DNA of 64,000 nt from Amoebidium appalachense (GCA_963693365.1 CAVNZM010000001.1:2496907-2560906); one strand, 5' to 3'. Numbered from the stretch's first letter, positions 41,292 to 55,948 are shown. The notes: generated from the sequence alone by a model not told the origin. Translations and numbers: made by a program.

Positions 41292-42069
41292 TCAGTTACT
41301 CTTTTTAGGCAGTTTCCTGACGGGCTTTGCCTGTTTCTTGCTGTTGTTCTTGCTGCGGTGGTATGTTGGTGGGGCCGTGTTGCCTGCCTCCTTCTCCTCC
41401 TCACACCTCGGGCACGCACACTCAAACATGTAGTCCTGCAATAATTTCTGCACACACATACCAAAATATTAGAGGGCACTCAATTCTCCACGTATCCCCC
41501 CTCGCCCCTCCCCACCCCCTTCCACATGTGTTCCCCCCCCCATCCCCCCCACCACGCGTACCCCCCCTCCCCCCCCCCCCTTTTCCCGGTGCCCCGCCGT
41601 CCAGCTTGCTACTGACCACCTCTCTTTTTGAAACACCCAAGTGCACACAAAAATCTCGGTACATTCACCTACTGGTTAAAAAAGGGAGGTATGAGGATAA
41701 ACATGCATGGAATAATGATGTATGGTTCGGCTCGTGTGTGCGGACGTGCGTGTTTGGGAAAGCCAAGGGGCCAAAAAGAGGGGGGTGTGTGGGTGGGTGG
41801 GTGGGGGGTTTTTTTTTTTGGGGGGGGGGGGGGGGGGGAGGAGGCCAAGGAGCACAGTGAAGACTCGCTTGAGGCTGTGTTGGATTGGGTTGTGCTGGAG
41901 TGCTTGCCATAAGTGTTGCATGTGTAGGTGGTCCGAAAACAGTCCAAAGTGCAGGGCGAGGACGTGTGTGTGTTAAAGGGGAATAGGCGGAAGGATTGCA
42001 GTGAAGCAGCAGAGAAGTACAAAGATCCATAGAGAGAGAAAAGGAAGAAGAGAGCCATGTGAGTATGCG

Positions 42070-42151
<82 letters not shown>

Positions 42152-42164
42152 TGTGTGCATGCGT

Positions 42165-42233
<69 letters not shown>

Positions 42234-42265
42234 GTGCGTGTGCGCGCGTACGTGCGCGCGTGTTT

Positions 42266-42342
<77 letters not shown>

Positions 42343-45300
42343 ATGTGTATTGGGTACCTGTCTGCGAGTTGGCCTGGGCAGGTTGATGTCGATGTAGTGG
42401 ATGTTGAGCTCTGAGCCCTCACAGATGTCCCTCTCGGCCACAAGGCTGATCACCGTGCTCTCGGCACCACGCACCTGCACAGGCAGACAGGAGAAAAAGG
42501 ACGAGTGGGGAGGGTGAAGGTGTTTACTTAGCATTTTGGCTTGGCAGCTGATATTGGATATTCGGGTGTAGTGAATTTATAAAACCTTGCTCTAAACCCA
42601 AGGGTCAGCTCATCTTGATGCTCTATATCTGTATACAAGATGTATGTATGTATGTATGTAGGTGTGTATGTGCATGTGTTATGTATACATGTATGTATGT
42701 ATGCATGCTTGTATGACACATGACATAAGTAGATACCCGGTTTCTTCGTATGTGTTTGATAACGATCAGGCACGGGGTAGGGTCGGAGAGGACGAAGGAA
42801 GGGAAAGAGGAGACGGGGAGGGGGGGAGGCGGCGGCAGGGGGGGGAGGGGGCGGAGGGGGGGAGGGGGGGGGCGGGGGGGATGGATATCATGTTTCATGA
42901 ATTAGCCCATCCGTCTAACAGCACCAGTACCCCCCCCCCCCCCTCTCCCCCCCCCCTGGGGCCCAAAAAAACAACACCCACCCACCCAACCACCACCCAC
43001 CCACCCACCCATTACACCCACCCACCCACCCATTACACCCACCCATTACACCCACCCATTACACCCACCCACCCACCCATTACACCCACCCACCCACCCA
43101 TTACACCCACCCATTACACCCACCCACCCACCCATTACACCCACCCACCCACCCACCATCTGCCTACCACACGCCCACCCAACTACCACACACCCCTGCA
43201 CCCACCCACCCACACACACGAGCACGCTAGACTCACCAGCAAATTGGGGTCACACGAGTGGTTGAAGAAAGATGCTGCTGGAAACACCAACCGCCCTGGG
43301 AGCAAACCTTTTAATTGGCTTGTGGACCCAAACACTGACAAAGAGAAAACAGCACGGCTACATGCACACAGTGATTCGCCATGATGTCTACCAATCAGTA
43401 ACCCCTAAACAATGTCCTCTCAAGACCTGCCCTCCCCCTCCCCCCTCCTCCCCTCCCCCCTCCCCCCACAACAACAAAAGCAAAAAAAACAAAACCAAAA
43501 AAAAACCAAAAAAAAACCCCACACACCCCTCCCCCTTCACACATTTCGCCCATTCTGTCCCCACACCAACCGCTATCTCATTCTTCTTTCCTGCCTCTTT
43601 GTTTCACATATCCCATCCTTTACACTGCCTCCTCTGCTTTTCCTATACAGACACAACCCCCCCCCCCCCCCCCCCCCCCCCCCCAAACTCCCTGTCCCGC
43701 CCCGCCCCAAGGATCCTTTCCAAACAAGAAATGCCCAAACCAACATGCAACAGAGCTTCAAACCCAACAGCACTACAAATCAAACCCAGCCACACAATAC
43801 AAGCAACACACACACACAGACAAGATACCCACCTGCCAGCTTCATATCTGTGCCCCTTGGGTCCAGGAAGCCAAACCCGTTTGCCTCCAACCGACCAATG
43901 AGTGCATACATCTCTTCCTGCCCCACATCAACCCTGTCAGGTCACTAGCTGCACTACCCTACCGAACCAAAAGAGCACTTTCCCCTGCTGTGTCTCCTCA
44001 TATTTCAACCTCTACTGTCAGAGAGATAGCTGATATCCCCATGCTTCCTCTCCCCCCCCCCCCCCCCCCCCCCCCCCCACCCCCTTCCCCCCTCTCTCTC
44101 CCCCCCTTTTCCCCCTGCCCCCCGTCTGCCGCCCTTCCCCGCTCGACCCCTCGTCGACAAAGAGTATCTTTCAGTGCCCCCCCCCCCCCCCCCCCTCCCC
44201 TCCCCCCCCGTTTCACGCGCAGTAGAACGGTGGTTATGGTTCCTATAGACCAAGGCATTTGCTGTGGAGAATGTGTAGCTGAAACGCTTATGTGGATGTG
44301 TGCCAATGTCCCAAAGAAAAAAAAGAAAAAAAGGCACATAAAAAGGGGAGCAAACCGTGTCTCTACGTCCACAAACAATGGGGAGGAAGGGAGGGAGGAA
44401 GGGGGGGAGGGCTTAGGGGAGGAGGAGGGAACTAGGTAGGTAGGTAGCAAGCAAAGTAAAGAAAGGTAGGCAAGGGGGAAAGGGGAGGGGGAAGAGAGAA
44501 GAGGGGAGGCCCGGGGGGAAGGGGGGGGGGGGGGGGGAGGGGAGAGAGAGAGAGAGAGAGAGACACCTCTCCCGCAGGGAGACCCAAGCCGGCCTTCTCC
44601 AAGATGCCAAGCAGATACTTGTATGCCTTGCGCCACTCGTCACGTTGCTGTCGAAAAAATGTGTGTGGGAGAGAAAGAAGGGAGATGGTAAGTGAAAACA
44701 CGACCTACCGTCGACACCATTTTCTTCTTTGCGACATCGAAAGGGCGTACCCTTCTCTCTCTCTTTCAATCATGTGATCACTCAATCTCCCTCTCCCCCT
44801 CCCCCCCCCCCCCCCCCCCCTTCACTGTGTAAGTGCCCCCCCCCCCCCCCCCCCCCCCACCACCACACAAATAAAAAAAAGCCATTGTTTCAGCATTAAC
44901 TTGGCAACTTCCTAACTCTTATACAAAGCAACAGCCAGAACCACAACCACGGAACCATAACACATTGCCACAAATAAAAACAGGCCACGGGCAGGGGGGA
45001 GGGGGGGAGAACGGGTGGGCACCCACCTCCTTCTCCATGGCTGCACTATGGTGCACCAACGACAAATAGTCCTCCACATTCGGCACATACAGCCTGCTTT
45101 CATCCACAGTGTAACTGTACACAGAATCCCCCCTCCGCACCATTTTCAACCTCTTTAGACACCCCTCCTTTCGCATTTTCGCTCGTTCCGGGGGAATCAT
45201 AGACCAACTGTAAGCCCATGGGGGTATATTTCAACACGGGAACCTGACCGGTTTTAGGTGGCTGTCTCCGGCCAACCTCCAAGTCCCCCCCCATGTCTAA

Positions 45301-46543
45301 ATCCACCCACTTCACCTTCTTCCCCACCGATGTTCTATTTGATGTCCCGGCTGTTTGCTCGCTCCCTTCACTCCCTCCTTCGATTGGTTTTTGCCCGTTC
45401 TCTATCTCGGACCATGCGGTGCTTGTACTGGCATCCAAATTACTTTTTACTATTGGTTCATCTGTCCGATTAGGCGGCCGATCTCCTTTGACTGCCGATG
45501 CTGATTGGTCTAGAATCACAGCTGCATTCCCGCTGGCTCCATCCGATTCCCTTTGATCCGAGTAGCCTGATTCTGGAATACGTGTCGTGGAGTCGGATGG
45601 ACTATCTTTATCACCCAACCCTGTTTCCTGATTGGATGATGAGGGTGGAGATGAATCTTGGGATTGGTCGTCTATTTCGGGTGTTGGTGTAGGGGGCGGG
45701 GGTGGTTGTTTGGGCAGTGGTGGGAGAAAGTCGTCCTCTGATAGGCCAAGTTTTTCGCAGTGTTGGCGGGCAAGCATTTCGATCACAAATTGGAGGGTCG
45801 AGGTGACGTCATGGTCAAACTGTGTGCGTGTGAATGTGTGAGTAGGTGTTTGTGCGTGTGTGTGTGTGTGTTCTGCATGCGTGCCCCCTTGGGTGTGTTC
45901 GTGTGTTTGTGTAAGAATGGGGGGAGTATGTGTGATGTGTGTGTGTGCTTGTCTGTCAGCCTCCTCTCTCTCTCTCTTTTTCCCCCTCGTCTCTATCTAT
46001 CCCTCCCATGTCCCTCCCCCTAAAAGCCCCCCCCTCCCCCCCTCGCCCCTTTTCCTTTCCCCTGGGGTCGTCTAAGTCCCCAATTCCATTCAAGCAAAGT
46101 GATACATCCCAAACAACAACAGTTAGGCAGAAGGCGGCCGCCCAGGGGGAAGGGGGGGGGGGGGGGGGGGGGGGGGGTTTGAATGCGTCAAAAAGTACGA
46201 AGTACACAAGAACAAACGGATAACACGATGCAGAATGCAAGCCATACATAAAGAGTATGCATAATAAGCAGAGCCCATCCTCAGGGGGGGCCCACGTCGA
46301 CGTCGGGGGGGGGGGCATGTACCTTTGCGGATGAGAGCCTGCTGCAAACAGTGCACAGCTTGGAGTGCACTTTGACATGGGCCGACCTGCACTCCTCATT
46401 GCAGTAGTAGGCACGGTTGCAGCCCCCACACTGCATGCAGCCATAGTTGATACATGTTGCCCCCCCTCCCTCTCCCCCCCTCTTCCTCTTCATCCCCCCC
46501 TCCCATCCCTCATCCCGTTTCCCCTCCCCTACCCACTCCCCTC

Positions 46544-46577
<34 letters not shown>

Positions 46578-47807
46578 CCATAAAAAAATCCTCCCACACT
46601 ATTAAATAAATATATAAATGATGTTCAGTTTTTCCTCTTCTTTCCACCATGCCCCCTCCCCCTCTCCCTCCCCTTCCCTCTCCCTCCCCCCGACCAGCTT
46701 CCCCCACCTCCCCCCCCACACACAGAATACAAACACCCACACACAACCACAAAAAAGCCCCCCCCCCCCCCCCCCCCCCCCCCCGGATAAGATTTCATAA
46801 ACGAATAACCAAATAATTAGCTTTTCCCTTTCCTTCCCCCCCCCCCCCCCCCCCCTCCCCCCCCCCCCCCCCCCAAAAAAAAACCGTCAAATAACGCCGA
46901 CAAAAAACACAAAAAGGGGGCCGAAAAAAAAATCCTCACGTCCGCAATTCGTTACTTTTGGCCACAACACATATCCAGCTTTCGTAGTATCCAGAGCAGA
47001 GCCCATGTGTCTGTACACACCTTACACTCAAGCCGGCCTGCAGTCTGGTGAGTGAAGCAGAAAGCACAGACACGTTTGCGGAAGGACTCGCTGACATTGA
47101 CCATGTATGCACGTGCCTGCAACACAACCTCTCCTGTACGTGCCCGTCCACCGTAAGTTCCCATTCACACCCTGTCACCTTCGCACCCATCCCTCTTACG
47201 CACCACAGCCTCACCCCTGAGAGGAATCAACGTGGCCCCTTCCTCCCTCCCTCCCTCCCCCCCCCCTCCCCCCCCCCCCCCCCCCAACCTTAGCCGCTGA
47301 AGTACAACGTGCAAATGAGACAGAAGCAGGTAAAGGGACTGTGAACAGGCTCGAGTGTATGCCGTGTATGTGTCTGTGTCTCTCTGTATGTGTCTGTGTC
47401 TGTGTTGGTGGGTTGGTACAGCCTTAACCCAAGTGCTTGCACATCAAACCGATTTCCAAGTGTGGGGAAGCAGGGCAACGAAACAAGGGGATATAGGGGG
47501 AAAGAAAACCGTGGGAAACGTGGAGAGCCAAAGAGTGAGGCTACCACCAGAAAAAGGGAAACCTTGAAGCACCTCAAGCTTAACAAGTCAGTGTGCCCAC
47601 ACTTAAACTCGCAAGCACCCTAAGCAAGACCAACACCATAGAGAGACTACCGTGAAACTCTTTCCAGACGTCAGCAGAATTCAAGCACTCACCTCTGTCT
47701 ATGTTCCGTGTGGCCCTGATGTACCTCCCGAACCCCGGCCTCTCTTCCACCTTCAGCGGCCAAGATGATAGGTGCGCCGAGAGTGGATCGGTCAATGTTC
47801 CCGCCAT
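41292..47807 (-). CDS. SMYD: SET and MYND domain lysine methyltransferase (SMYD family)
   Basis: Exons 47807-47693, 47133-47021, 46430-46323, 45819-45027 (+1 frameshift at the C6 run 45128-45133), 44647-44567, ~43933-43833 (junction phase uncertain), 43295-43237, 42474-42358, 41447-41292. Motifs GRYIRATRNIDRGEVVL, MYND CAFC..CKCGGCNRAYYCNEECRSAH..H..LC, LEANGFG, VFPAASFFNHSCDPN, AERDICEGSELNIHYID, post-SET YMFECACPRC. Confidence 0.93.
42975..43215. repeat. Intronic minisatellite (CACCCACCCATTA-type)
   Basis: About 8 copies of CCCATTACACCCA with a variable number of CCCA units. Confidence 0.85.
46178..46298 (-). mobile_element. Dispersed intronic ~130-nt element, long copy (SINE-like or structured ncRNA)
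   Basis: Sense sequence GACGTGGGCCCCCCCTGAGGATGGGCTCTGCTTATTATGCATACTCTTT...TGTGTACTTCGTACTTTTTGACGCATTCAAA-polyC. Homologous to 53842-53969, 63271-63398, 52601-52683, 18190-18228 and 9247-9281. Confidence 0.75.
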
Positions 47808-48735
47808 GTTTTGCAACTCTGCCCTTGTGCCCTTGAAGCAGCGAGAAGAAAGCTACCGGAGGTGGGATCTTCAACTCTAAGGAAGCGATGGGCCTACAAG
47901 TACCGGTGCAATGTTGTCCGCGCCCAACCTTGGAGTCATTGAAGTGGCCTGACTCAGAGCTTCTTGTAACCTTCTCGTTTAGTGTGCCAACGTTTCACCA
48001 AGACCTTCTTACCAGCCCGCGGCTGTGGTGAGCTGGTGTCACTATGTATAGTACTCGTGATCAGTGACATCGGTCATGTGTGTTGCCACGGTGGCGCCAA
48101 AAGAGCTCACAAAACCTCGGGTGTTGGCTCGCCAAAACCTCGGGTGTAACGGCCCAAGATCACGACCGCCACGATGGGCTGAAACAGATGTCTCCGCAGT
48201 GATGGTACAAAAGTAGTGGTGTGTGAGCGCGATGCGATGGCGTGCCCGAAGAGGGAGGAGGGCGGAAAGGGAGAAAGAGGGGGGAAGGGGCGGGGGGCGG
48301 GGAGTAAGACCGAGCTTCCATACCGGTGAGAGGGTGAGCCCATTTGCCACCTCCCCCCACCCTCCCTCCCCCCGCCAAAACACCACCACCACTCCCTCCT
48401 GCCACCGAAGACAGGTCTGAGCCAACAGCTTTTTCAGGACCCCGGGAGGGTCAAGCCTGCCATCCAGTCACTCCCCCGTAATTTTCATTATTACCGACAC
48501 AATGCAAGACTCGGCCATATTTCTTTATTTCGCTGCCACTTCCATTTTCTGCCACGGATCTCCATGCCACCACGGAGCCCAGGCCTGCGCGTATATCCAG
48601 TACTCTTCTTTTTTTTTACGTTCCACCGCTAACCCTAATAAAAAAACAAACAGCTGCCGGTAAACTTTTATAAAACAACCAAAGAATAGGAATAATTCCT
48701 TATCCATCACCTACTACTAGACAACACCCACACAT

Positions 48736-49205
48736 CTAGTTCTTGTTGATGCGGGCGCGCACGTCCGGGGCCAGCATGGGGGGAGGGGGGACGGGGTCAC
48801 ACATGTGCAGACTAGCACAGACCTCCTCGGGGGTCTGGGTCTTGGCTGCAGCATATTTCTCCTGCAATTGGGAAGAGACAAAATGTCAGTGTCGTACAAC
48901 GCAACTTCTACAGTGCTTGCACTATATATACGGCCTCCAATTATAATTGGCTACACCTATATCTGTCGCAACCTCCCGTGCCCACTCCTCTGCTCGTGCA
49001 TTCCTCCATGGTGATCCCCTTTCTCCTTAGAGTGCGGTAGGTCTAGTGGCTGTGTGTCTGGATCGTTGGTCTCCCGGGTCTCTCCGTCCATGGACATGCA
49101 CAATGCCTTCCCCCCTCACTCCTGCGAATATGTGTAGACAATTTGTGTTCGTCTCAAACGCCAATACATGCACACACACCTGCACTCCCGGGGGTACACA
49201 TACCC

Positions 49206-49251
<46 letters not shown>

Positions 49252-49520
49252 CGATCTGCTTGGCATACTCCTCACACTGCTCCTTGGCCTGGCCAAAGCG
49301 CTCGCACAGTGACTCGATTTTCTGTGCAAACTCCTCCTGCAAGCACAACCACTTGAGCCCATGATCACACAAAGACTCCTCCCTCCCCCCCCCCCCCCCC
49401 CCCCCCCAAAAGAAAAAAAAAAGTATGGAGCCGACACCACAAGAATTTAATTTAATTTCACACCCATTACAATCATATTTAAAAGTTCCACCACATCCAA
49501 GAGCCCCCTCCCCCTCCCCC

Positions 49521-49556
<36 letters not shown>

Positions 49557-51328
49557 GCGCTCCCTTCAATTTCATTCTAAAAAAGATACAGAGACCCCCC
49601 CCCCCCCCCCGCAAAAAAAAAAATAAAAAAAAAATGGTGGAACACCTTACGACTATCATACAGGAATCCGTTTCCATCCAGCAAAGCACTTTCCTTGTTC
49701 AGGTCCTAACACATCTCACTGATATACTGACCATTCAATAAGCCCGTAAGATCACACTTTCTGCATATGCTTGACAGGTCGGATCAGAGAGTGGTGCAAC
49801 CAACTGTGTACGTGTTGATGCATGTGTGTCTGTGTGTGTGTGTGTGTTTGGGGGGGAGAGGGGGGGGGGGCGGGGGGAAACTTGAGGAGACCCTACATCA
49901 TACAGAGACAAGAATACAAAAGCCCAGTGAAGCATAGACACGCAAGGACGACATCCGCACTCTTTTCCGCCGACAAGAAACGATCCAAACAAACTGTTCT
50001 AGTCTTCTTTTTATTGGTAGACCAGCGGTTTGAAGAAGTTTCTTTCTTGTTTGTTTTGGTATGGAGGGGAGGGGGGAAAGGGATACCGCGGAGGGACCGC
50101 TGGCCTGCACGCGCTCGACCAGCATTTTGCAGAGGTCGCACTTCTGGTCGTTTTCAAGCGCCATCACCTGCTCGTTGCACATCTTGGTCTGAAGCAGGAA
50201 GAAGGAGAAAGAGTTAGAAAGGGAGGGGGGGGGGGGGGGGGGGGGGGGGGGAGTGTGTGTGTGTGTGTGTGAGTGTGTGAGGGGTGTGTGTGTGTGTTTA
50301 TGGGGGGGGGGGGGGGGGGGGGGGGAGGGGGGGAGGGGGCATTACGTCCTTGCATGGTACTTCATACACACTCCATGCAAACTTTATCGGTTCATATGCG
50401 ACAAGTCCTTAAAAAGGGCGATGCTGTTACGGGGTAACCGTTGAATGAAAGTGTGTGTAACCAGCTGAAAACACAAAATGGAAAGGCAAACTTACATCCC
50501 AGCAAGCGGTCTTGCTTGGCAGCACGGCAAGGCGCTCGAAGTGGCCGGTCACCGTTTCCACAGCATTCTGAGGAAAAAAAGGAAAGTGTGAGTTTTCTTT
50601 TTGGAGTGAAGGTTGAAAAGCCTATGTGACACCCACCTTTCACCCACAACCTTGAGAGAAGTGCCGGCCAATATATTAGAGGGGGCTTAAGACCAGAAGG
50701 TACCCGTGCCATGATCGCTGTTACCCTAGAAATGGCCAAAGTAACACAACACCAACAGCAAATACAAGAACATGTTTCTAAGAGAGACCAACCTTGCAGT
50801 GGCCCTGGGCATCAGCGTCCTTCCTTTCGCAGGCAGCGTGCAGCACACCAGTCACTGCGTGCTGTGTAGATGTGAGAAAAGGTTAGTCTCCCTGCATAAC
50901 CTGTAGCTGAAGTGAAACTTGTATTTCCTCCTTCCTTGGGCTCCGCCTTACCAGCCCCCTCGGATGTGTCTTTCCACCTGCCTTCAGTTTGTCACACTCA
51001 CCAATCTTCCCTAGTTTAAATAATTCACGGGGAAAGACTCACTTCGTCCAAGCCCCATGGCTTCTTAAGCTCTACCTACCCTCTGCTGAAGAACACCAAA
51101 ATGCTAAGGTAAAAAAAGCTCAAACGAAACATCCCGCCAAACAACAGCAACTTCAAGAGGCAAAAGAGCGAGGAACCCGAGGACTTGACAGCCGTGGGAG
51201 TGGGTGCTGACCTTAGGCAGGGCAGAGAGGGAGGTGTAGTGCAGGCACACTTCACAAACAGCCTCCTGCGGCGTGACCGTGGCTGCAGAGACCACGGCAG
51301 CAGCAAGAAGAGCACCGAAAAACTTCAT
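48736..51328 (-). CDS. Secreted saposin-like protein with two SapB domains
   Basis: Exons 51328-51212, 50861-50793, 50567-50496, 50188-50087, 49336-49250, 48861-48736, all phase-0 GT-AG. Signal peptide MKFFGALLAAAVVSA. Domain 1: CEVC..ACE..HCK..TACWDTKMC. Domain 2: CDLC..SLCERFGQAKEQC..TPEEVCASLHMC. Each has the six-Cys saposin pattern. Confidence 0.9.
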
Positions 51329-51440
51329 TCTAGATGTTTGATTAGGGCAGAAAGATTGTGTTCTCTTGCATGCAAGCTTTGAGAGTGTTCATTGCCCTTT
51401 TTGCAAACTTTCTGTGGCGGCTGCTGCAGGAACCTGCGTC

Positions 51441-51510
51441 TGACGCGTCACTAATACTATTTGCGCGAGCCAATCAAAAATTAGACCTTCCCGCCAACAG
51501 CCAATCAGAT
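51441..51510. promoter_or_regulatory. Tandem CCAAT (NF-Y-type) boxes plus a TGACGCGTCA palindrome upstream of the saposin-like gene
   Basis: AGCCAATCA twice, with CCAAT at 51470 and 51501 (31-bp spacing); TGACGCGTCA at 51441-51450; 110-180 bp upstream of the ATG. Confidence 0.5.
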
Positions 51511-52235
51511 GCAGCGGCAAACGCCAACAACCATATTTGGAAGGAGCTGGAATGTGACCGTTATGCCGTGACTTTTCGTCAGACTGCAGCATTCTGTGAT
51601 CAGTGTTGTCTTCCCTGCGGCCTTTTTTTTTTTTTTTTGGTTGTTGCCGTGGCGTAGTAGTGCCCGGCCACTTACGTAAGCCAGTGGGTACATATCCTTG
51701 GAGACTAAGCATGCTGGTGCAAGCCTCCACTCTGTTTCACAGGCAGGGCCTCTGTGGCCAGCTGCGACGTCCTCTACCGATGTACTTGTTGGTTCTGGAT
51801 GAAGTTCATTGCTATGTGTAGTCAATGTTGTCTTGACTTGGTGACCGTGTGCATTGAACTCTCATTAGCAGATTTTCTCACATGCAACTTCAAAGTTTTT
51901 CTTACACAGGATGTGCCTAGGGAGGCCGGCCTGGGCTGCACTCCTGGAAACACTAGATTAGACCCAGGCTCAACCGTATCACCCTTCTCGCCTTTGCAAC
52001 TGGCACTTCAACAGTCGTTTTGGAGAACAAAATATACCGCACACACAACAGTTACCAAGAAGAGCACATACGTGCACTTGCCAGCTAAAATATTGGGACC
52101 AGCCCAGCTTTGTAGCTCCACTGCAATCCCATCACTGCACATGCCAGCTGCGCAGATCCGCAGAGACACACAAACCAGCATTCAAATGTTCTTGTCACAC
52201 TGCTCACACACCAGCACCGTGTCGGCTGAGCCAGG

Positions 52236-52792
52236 TCAATTTGCTACTTGTGCGGTCACAAAGGGACGCTCAATGTTCAGTTTGTGGTAAATCTCCTCCA
52301 GCGCGTTCCGCTCTTTCTCATCCATGGTGGGCCACAAGGTTATCGCACGTTTCCGGATACCCTCAAACAGAGCCTTGGGCGAGTTGGGCAACTCCGAGAA
52401 GGCTGAACGTGTATGTGTGGTGTTGTGTGCGCGGAGACGGTGTGTGTGTGTGCGTATGTATCACAGTGTATGAGTGTGAGTGTGTGAGAGGGTGTGTTTT
52501 GTGGAGGTGTGTGCGTTTTGTGGAGGTGTGTGTGGGGGGGGGGGGGGGGGGGGGGGGGGGGGATGGGGCAGGAGAAGGGGGGGATGAGGAAGGAGGGGGG
52601 TTAGTCTATGATATAGAGTACGAAGTACACATTCATGAAGGGCAACACAACGCGGAGTGCAACCCCTACATAAAGAGAATGCAGGAGGGGCGGCGGGGGG
52701 AGGGGGGAGGGGGGAGGGGGAGACGGGACCAAACGTGTACGAGAGCTTCACAAAACATGCACGACTGTATTATCCACTAAAAGAAAAACTGT

Positions 52793-52837
<45 letters not shown>

Positions 52838-52999
52838 GGGGGGGGGGAAGGGGGGATATGTACCTGTGGCTAGTGTAACCAGGTCCCGTGCATTGAAGGC
52901 ATCCATCTTGGACTGTGCGGACAAAGCCAACTTGCCAAACAGCTCTGCAGGGTCCAGGGTTGTGAGTTTCTGCTACCCTTTTCTTGCGATTCCCTTACT

Positions 53000-53052
<53 letters not shown>

Positions 53053-53447
53053 CCCCCCCCCCCCCCCCCCCCCCTCCCCCCCTCTCCTCCGAAGATTAAC
53101 AGGAGGATATGTGACGAATATGCAATCTTATAGTTGGCATAAGATGATGAATAAGGGAGGGAGAGGGGTTGGGGCTAGCTAGAAAGGTCGAGAGATGCTA
53201 TCCTTTGTATGTGAGTCTTGGCATACACACGTGTTGGATTTTCATATGTGCACGTTCCTCTGTACATGAGCTCCGTGCATGTTGTACGCGCGCACAGTGT
53301 GTACAGGTACGTGTGTGTATATGTTTCTCTTTTCCTTCCCTCTATCTCTCTCTCTCTTTCCCTTTCTTGGTGGGGTGGGGTGGGGTGGGGTGGGGAGGGG
53401 GGGGGGGGGGGGAGGGGGGAGGGAAGAAGGGGAGGGAGAGAAAGGGA

Positions 53448-53485
<38 letters not shown>

Positions 53486-53801
53486 GGGGGGGGGGGAGGG
53501 GAGGGGGGGGGGATATACCCTTGCTGTTCTGTTTTTGCTCGGCAAAGGCCCAAGAGATTCTTGCCAGATCAGTTGGGTGGAGCATTGATGCGTGCCTGCG
53601 AGCAAAAGAAATGGCATGTCAGCGATGCGTCAAACCTATTACTGCAACATAAATACTGACTCAATCCATAGTGCCCATAATGTGAATATTAACACCCAAG
53701 CTAATTTGCAAGCTACAACAAAAGAGTTCATGTAAAACCCAACCTCAAGAAGGAGGCAAGTCGCCCATAATATCTCTTCGTCTTTTCACCCAGCGGCACC
53801 A

Positions 53802-53832
<31 letters not shown>

Positions 53833-53987
53833 GGGGGGGGGTTTGGTTTAAATGCGCCATAAAGTACGAAGTACACATAACATAGGGACAAGACGAGGAG
53901 AGCGCAAACCACAATGAAGAGTATGCATAATAAACAGAGCCCGTCCTCAGGTGGGGCCCACGTCATCCACAGTACCCGAGTTTAGGG

Positions 53988-54040
<53 letters not shown>

Positions 54041-54201
54041 TACAATATGGAGGACACATCAAAAAACGAACCCCCCTCAAAACAAAGTAAAAACAAAAAT
54101 CATTCAATCAATCAAAAAAAAAAAAAAAAAAAAAAAAGTGCAGGCAGGCATCACTCGAAAAAAAGCCCATAATTAAGGTGGCTCCCCGGGCGGGGCAGGA
54201 A

Positions 54202-54247
<46 letters not shown>

Positions 54248-54494
54248 GGGAAGAAGCAAAAAGGGAAAGGAGGAGGGGGGGAGGGGGGGGGGGGGGGGGG
54301 GGAGGGGTTGTTACCGCCTGCAGATTTTTGCAGCGGCGGCAAACAGCTCAAAGTTGAAGTCCTTCATTTTGGAGAACGACCACAGCAGGTTGCTGTGCCA
54401 CATTCACACGTCAGCCTTCGTTGTGAATTATCTCCCTTCCCCCCTCTCCCCCCTCCACCCCCCGGCAAAAAAAAAGGGAAAAAAAAAAAAGGAA

Positions 54495-54558
<64 letters not shown>

Positions 54559-54799
54559 AAAAAACACCTGTCTTCCTAACCCCACTACTATTGCCTCACG
54601 CTGGCAGGTGCTTGCAGGACGGCATGTGCACCACACTCTGACCGACCTGCTGCTCTAGGAATGGAAGGCATGCAGATGCAATATTTACATTTACTCTCCA
54701 CGAAAAACAGGCGAAAAACAATTTCATGTCAAGCCGCACAGCCAAAACTCAGCTTATTGAGTTGACAGTTCTCCATTAGTGTATGTATTCTTCCAACAG

Positions 54800-54841
<42 letters not shown>

Positions 54842-55100
54842 TTCTCCCTCACCCCCGTCCGCCTCCAAAAATGCCCCCACTTTCCCCATCAATTTGTGTT
54901 CATACATTCATTCTAGTCAGAGTTCTCATCTTTTGTGCTCAGCCCAAACCCCACGAAAGCTCAATAACCCAGCCTTCCCCCCCCCCCCCCCCCTCCCCCC
55001 TCCCCCCCCCCCGGGGGGGAGACCTGGGGGGGATACGCACACGTTCACAAACACAAAAAACATCTCATCACCCCTACCAGCACACACAGCCTTGCACTCC

Positions 55101-55140
<40 letters not shown>

Positions 55141-55917
55141 TTCCTGCCCCCTGCCTGCACCCCCCACACACATCACGGGCACACACCTCAGAGCCTGGAA
55201 GTTAGCCGTGTGCATGGTGTCGATGGCCCTCCGTGCCATGGCCGCATACAGCTGCCTGTCGTACAGCCTCATCGTGGTGCATGCCCTGCAGCACCACCGT
55301 CAGAAAAAAATAGAAAGTGTAATGCTCCTTTCTCGTTCTTTGGTTCCTTTTCGTCACTTTCTTCCCTCCTTTCCTCAGTTCTAGTATTGACCACCTTCCA
55401 GTACGTTCAGTGCATCCTTACCTTCAGCAATCCGATGGACAAAAAAAAAAAAAAAGAAAAAAAAGAAGAAAAAAAAAAAAGAAAAAAAAAAAACTCGATC
55501 TTAACCATTGACAACATTACCAAATTGCCACAACATATTTTTTTTCCACGCTCACCAGTCCTAACACGAACTCACCATGCCAGGTTTGAGACCTCCTGTG
55601 CGCTGAGTGTGTGCATCAGGCCCCTCACGTGGCGGGTTGCTGTGTGGGTGTAGCTGTTATGGCGGTAGGCCATGTGTGCCAGTGCCCACATTGTATTGGC
55701 CACCGTGGGCCCGTCCACCTTGTACATGCAGCCTAGCTGCTGCTCCACAAGCCCTGGTGTGTGAAACATATTGGAATGGAAGAGGGAGGTGGGGAGTGTT
55801 GGGAGGTTGAAAGAGGGGTGGTGAAGGAATGTGTGTGTGGTGCCGTGTTTGAGTGTTGTGGGTGCGTGCATCTTTTTTATTTTATTTTATTTTATTTTAT
55901 TTTATTTTATTTTATTT

Positions 55918-55948
<31 letters not shown>

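Noticed and set aside
45128-45133. Programmed frameshift in SMYD
   Set aside because: One extra base in a G6 homopolymer with no clear slippery heptamer or structure; an assembly indel is far more likely.
49735-49810. Extra saposin exon LVAPLSDPTCQ
   Set aside because: Not needed: 50087 splices in frame to 49336 with normal Cys spacing, and this segment lacks a good donor and ends in a stop.
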